Of a stretch of DNA of 64,000 nt, positions 61,160-64,000 are shown piece by piece. The DNA comes from Polyangiales bacterium. GTDB lineage: Bacteria > Myxococcota_A > Polyangia > Polyangiales > JADJQN01. Each line of letters opens with the position of its first letter. Position 1 is the first letter of the stretch. Both the position numbers and the translations under genes were made by a program. The stretch is taken from the NCBI GenBank assembly GCA_964202905.1, contig CAXNJO010000003.1, positions 672,001-736,000 on the forward strand. Reading direction: 5' to 3'. A model generated the notes under the pieces. That model was not told the DNA's origin, did no database searches, and saw nothing but the letters and a program-made list of their open reading frames with translations.

Positions 61160-62805
61160 ATGCCGTCCATGCGCCCCGACGACCTCCCCTCCGCCCCGCC
61201 CGGCAACGCCCTCCCCGGGCCCGCGCGCGCCTTCCCGAAGCGCATCGGCATCCTCAACGACTACGTCCGCATCCCCTACGCGAACGGCTCGTCCTTCGCG
61301 TCGCAGTTCTTCTACCGGGAGTTCACGCAGCGCGGCCACGAGGTGACGATCGTCGGCCCGCACGACCCGGTCGCCGAGGCGCACGAGATGCCGCGTCGCT
61401 ACGTCGAGCTGCCGAGCGTCCCATTCAAGAACCACCCGGGCGTGCGCCTCACGCTGCCGTCGAGCGCATCCTTCGAGGCGCTCGCGGCCGCGCGCTTCGA
61501 CGTCGCGCTCGGCCAGTCGAACACGCACCTGCTCCAGGCGGGCGTGTGGCTGCGGCACACGCACGACGTGCCCTTCCTGCCCGTGCACACGGTGCACCTG
61601 CCGAGCGTCTACAACGTCGTCCTTCCGGACGCGCTGATGAAGAATCCGGTCGCGAACAAGGTCTTCTCGGACGGCCTGATCCCGATGCTCGAGCGCCAGA
61701 GCGCGTCCGTCTACAACCACTCGGACGGCCTCATCGTCCTCGCGGGCGGGCTCAAGCGCTATTGGGAGCAGCGCGGCGTCACGGTGCCGATCCACGTGAT
61801 CCCGCGGCCGATCGAGCCGAAGATCTTCGACGTCGCGCAGCCCGAGGACCCGTATCCGGCGCACTTCGCGCGCGGCGGTCGTCTCATCGTCGTATGTCGG
61901 CACACCCGCGAGAAGAACGTGTCTCGCGGCTCCTCGAGATCTTCGCGCGGCACGTCGCGCGCACGGTGCCCGAAGCGACGCTCACGCTCGTCGGCGACGG
62001 GCCCGATCACGATCACTTCCGCGCCGAGGCCGAGACGCTCGGCATCGCGGCGCGCTGCCACTTCCCCGGCGAGATCGCGCTCCGCGACGTGCCCGCCTGG
62101 TACGCGCACGGCGACGTGTTCGTCTACACGTCGCTCTCCGAGACGTACGGGCAGGTCGTGAGCGAGGCGCTCTGGTGCGGGCTGCCCGCGGTCGCGCTCT
62201 CGGACGGCATGGGCGTCGACCAGCAGGTCGTCGACGGCGAGAACGGCTGGCTCGTGCCGCAGGGCGACGACCCGCTGCGCGCCGACGCGCAGTTCGGACG
62301 CGACGTCGTCGGCCTGCTGCAGAACGCCGACAAGCGCCGCGCGATGGGGCGCCGCGCCGCCGAGATCGCGCGGGATCGCTCGGATCCGTCGCGCTGCATC
62401 GATCGCTTCTACGACGCGTTCGCGGCGTCGCGGCGGCACCTCGAGGCGACGCGCGCCGAGCGCGCGCGCGCGGGCTACCGGCGCCGCCTCGCGCTCGTGA
62501 ACTGGACGGGCATCCACCTCGCCGCCGCTGCGCTCGGCCTCGTGCGGCAGCCCGCGAAGGTCAACCGCCACGGCCGCAAGCCGCCGACCTGGGACGAGCT
62601 GCTCCACGCGGCGGCGCCGGCGACGCAGGTCGCAGCCACGCCCGCGGCGACGCCGGCCGATGCGGGCGGCGAGTCGATCGCGCGGGGCGTCGCCTTCGCG
62701 CAGAAGATCGCGGCGCGCGAGGTGCGCCTGCGCGCACGGGCCGCGAGCGCGGCGCGGGCGTCGCTCGCCGGCGAGGCGCGGCGGCGCGCGGCGGCCGCGG
62801 AGTAG
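61160..62805 (+). CDS. Glycosyltransferase family 4 (frameshift ~61923)
   Basis: ANGSSFAS, RHTREKN, then VGDGP, SETYGQVVSEA, ENG in a second frame. Confidence 0.8.
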
Positions 62806-62830
62806 ACGCGACGCAGTGGCTGGGCACCAC

Positions 62831-62861
62831 GCGCAAAGACTTGCAAAACAAGGCTTTGCGC
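62831..62861. terminator. Hairpin between convergent genes
   Basis: gcgcaaag-acttgcaaaacaagg-ctttgcgc. Confidence 0.5.
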
Positions 62862-62867
62862 GATGGG

Positions 62868-63651
62868 TCAGCGACCGCGTGGCGGTCGGAAGCCGGCGCG
62901 GCGCGCTTCGGCTTCCGTGCAGAACCAGCGCTCGCCGTGCGCCTCGTCCACCCGCGTCGCCGCATACGGGCGCGTGCCGGGCAGGTGGTAGATGCGCTCT
63001 CCGCGCGCGCTGACGTTGCCCTTGATGAGGCAGTCGGGGCGCGGCGGCGTGCTCGCGCGGGGCGGCCCGTCGGCGCGCGTCTCGCCCGCGCGGCGGGCGC
63101 GGCGCCACTCCCACGGCGGCTGGCACTGGCCTGGCCCAGAGCCCGCGGCGTGCGCGGCGCGCGTCGTCTTCGGCGGCGACGTGGTCGAGTCCGTAGCTGC
63201 GGTACGCGAAGGCGAGGCCGGAGCGCACGAGCCACGCGCCGAGGTCTTCGCGGCCCATCGCGCACGACGCGACGGTGCGACCGTGCACGTCGTTGCCGCC
63301 CACCGTGCAGCGCAGTTCCTGCCCGGCGATCTTCGCGTCGAGCGCGAGGCGCGCGGCTTCGCCCGCGAGGTGCGGCTGGCCGCGGGCGTCGGTGCACGCC
63401 TGCGAGCGCTCGGGCGCGTCGACGGCCCGGAGGCGGATCCGCGCGCCGCCGACGTCGAGCGTGTCGCCGTCGATGACGCGCGCGACGCCGCGGATCACGC
63501 CGGGCTCGGCGGGCTGCGCGGACGCGGTGCACGCCGCGCACGGCGCGAGGCCCGCCGCGACGAGGGCCGCCACGAGGGCACGGACACCGCGCTGCCGCGG
63601 CCGCGCGTGACGCGCGACGCCCTCCGACCCAACACGCCGAGACGCCTGCAT
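62868..63651 (-). CDS. Thermonuclease (SNase) family protein with C-terminal CxIKGN..IYHxPG..ERWFC domain (frameshift ~63133)
   Basis: VIDGDTL, RIRLRAVDAPE, GRTVA, ARRGLW; second frame PPWEWR..CLIKGNVSARGERIYHLPG..ERWFCTE. Confidence 0.82.
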
Positions 63652-63768
63652 CGGCCCATGGTCCCAGACGCGCGGCGACTTGCCCAGCGCCGTCCCCGCA
63701 GCCCCGCACGCCGCGCGATCTTTTGAGCACCAACGGGCACGCGCGACGTGATTGAATCTCCAGCGCGA

Positions 63769-64000
63769 ATGAACGCCATCGTCCGAGAGCGCACACACCG
63801 GGACGCAGGGCGCGGCCGTTCGCGCGTCACCCCCACGGCCCACGCGCGGCCCGCGGCGCCGCCCCGCCGGGGCATCGCGGCCCTCTGCGGCATAGCCCTC
63901 TGCGCGGCCCTCCTCGGCGGCCCGCAGCGGGCGGCCGCGAGCCCGCCGGACCTCTTCGGCTTCGGCTCGCGCAGCCCCGCGATGGCGGGCACCGGCGTGT
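63769..64000 (+). CDS. Outer membrane protein (FadL/OmpP1-like), 5' part truncated by window edge
   Basis: Signal peptide then ASPPDLFGFGSRSPAMAGTG; frame open to window end. Confidence 0.55.
   Translation, partial: MNAIVRERTHRDAGRGRSRVTPTAHARPAAPPRRGIAALCGIALCAALLGGPQRAAASPPDLFGFGSRSPAMAGTGV

Overview
High-GC window from what looks like a myxobacterium (Polyangiales/Sandaracinus-like; inferred from Cys/Asp-rich and 'DAG'-linker surface proteins and codon usage). Core genes: mreC-mreD-mrdA-rodA, purK/purE, bamD, zwf, fabH and a 3-hydroxyacyl-CoA dehydrogenase. There is a complete convergent pseudaminic-acid-type cluster (pseC, putative transferase, flippase, pseB >< pseH, pseI, fused pseF-pseG) flanked by glycosyltransferases. 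Highlights: (1) a stand-alone, eukaryote-type (canonical) poly(ADP-ribose) glycohydrolase at ~23.5-24.7 kb; (2) a ~10.6 kb accessory island (33.5-44.1 kb) between convergent fabH and a GATase gene, bracketed by inverted copies of a REP-like hairpin, carrying a PLD-helicase-DUF3427-like putative defence gene, a GGDEF protein, a structured CAAC-rich non-coding tract, two paralogous HDAC-family deacetylases with shared upstream motifs, a VapBC pair and an ~82-bp tandem repeat; (3) a dispersed ATP-grasp/esterase/GATase/S8 gene set. About nine genes carry 1-2 nt frameshifts, most likely assembly indel errors. No rRNA, tRNA, CRISPR array, integrase or transposase was seen. All calls come from motif recognition by eye; no searches were run.
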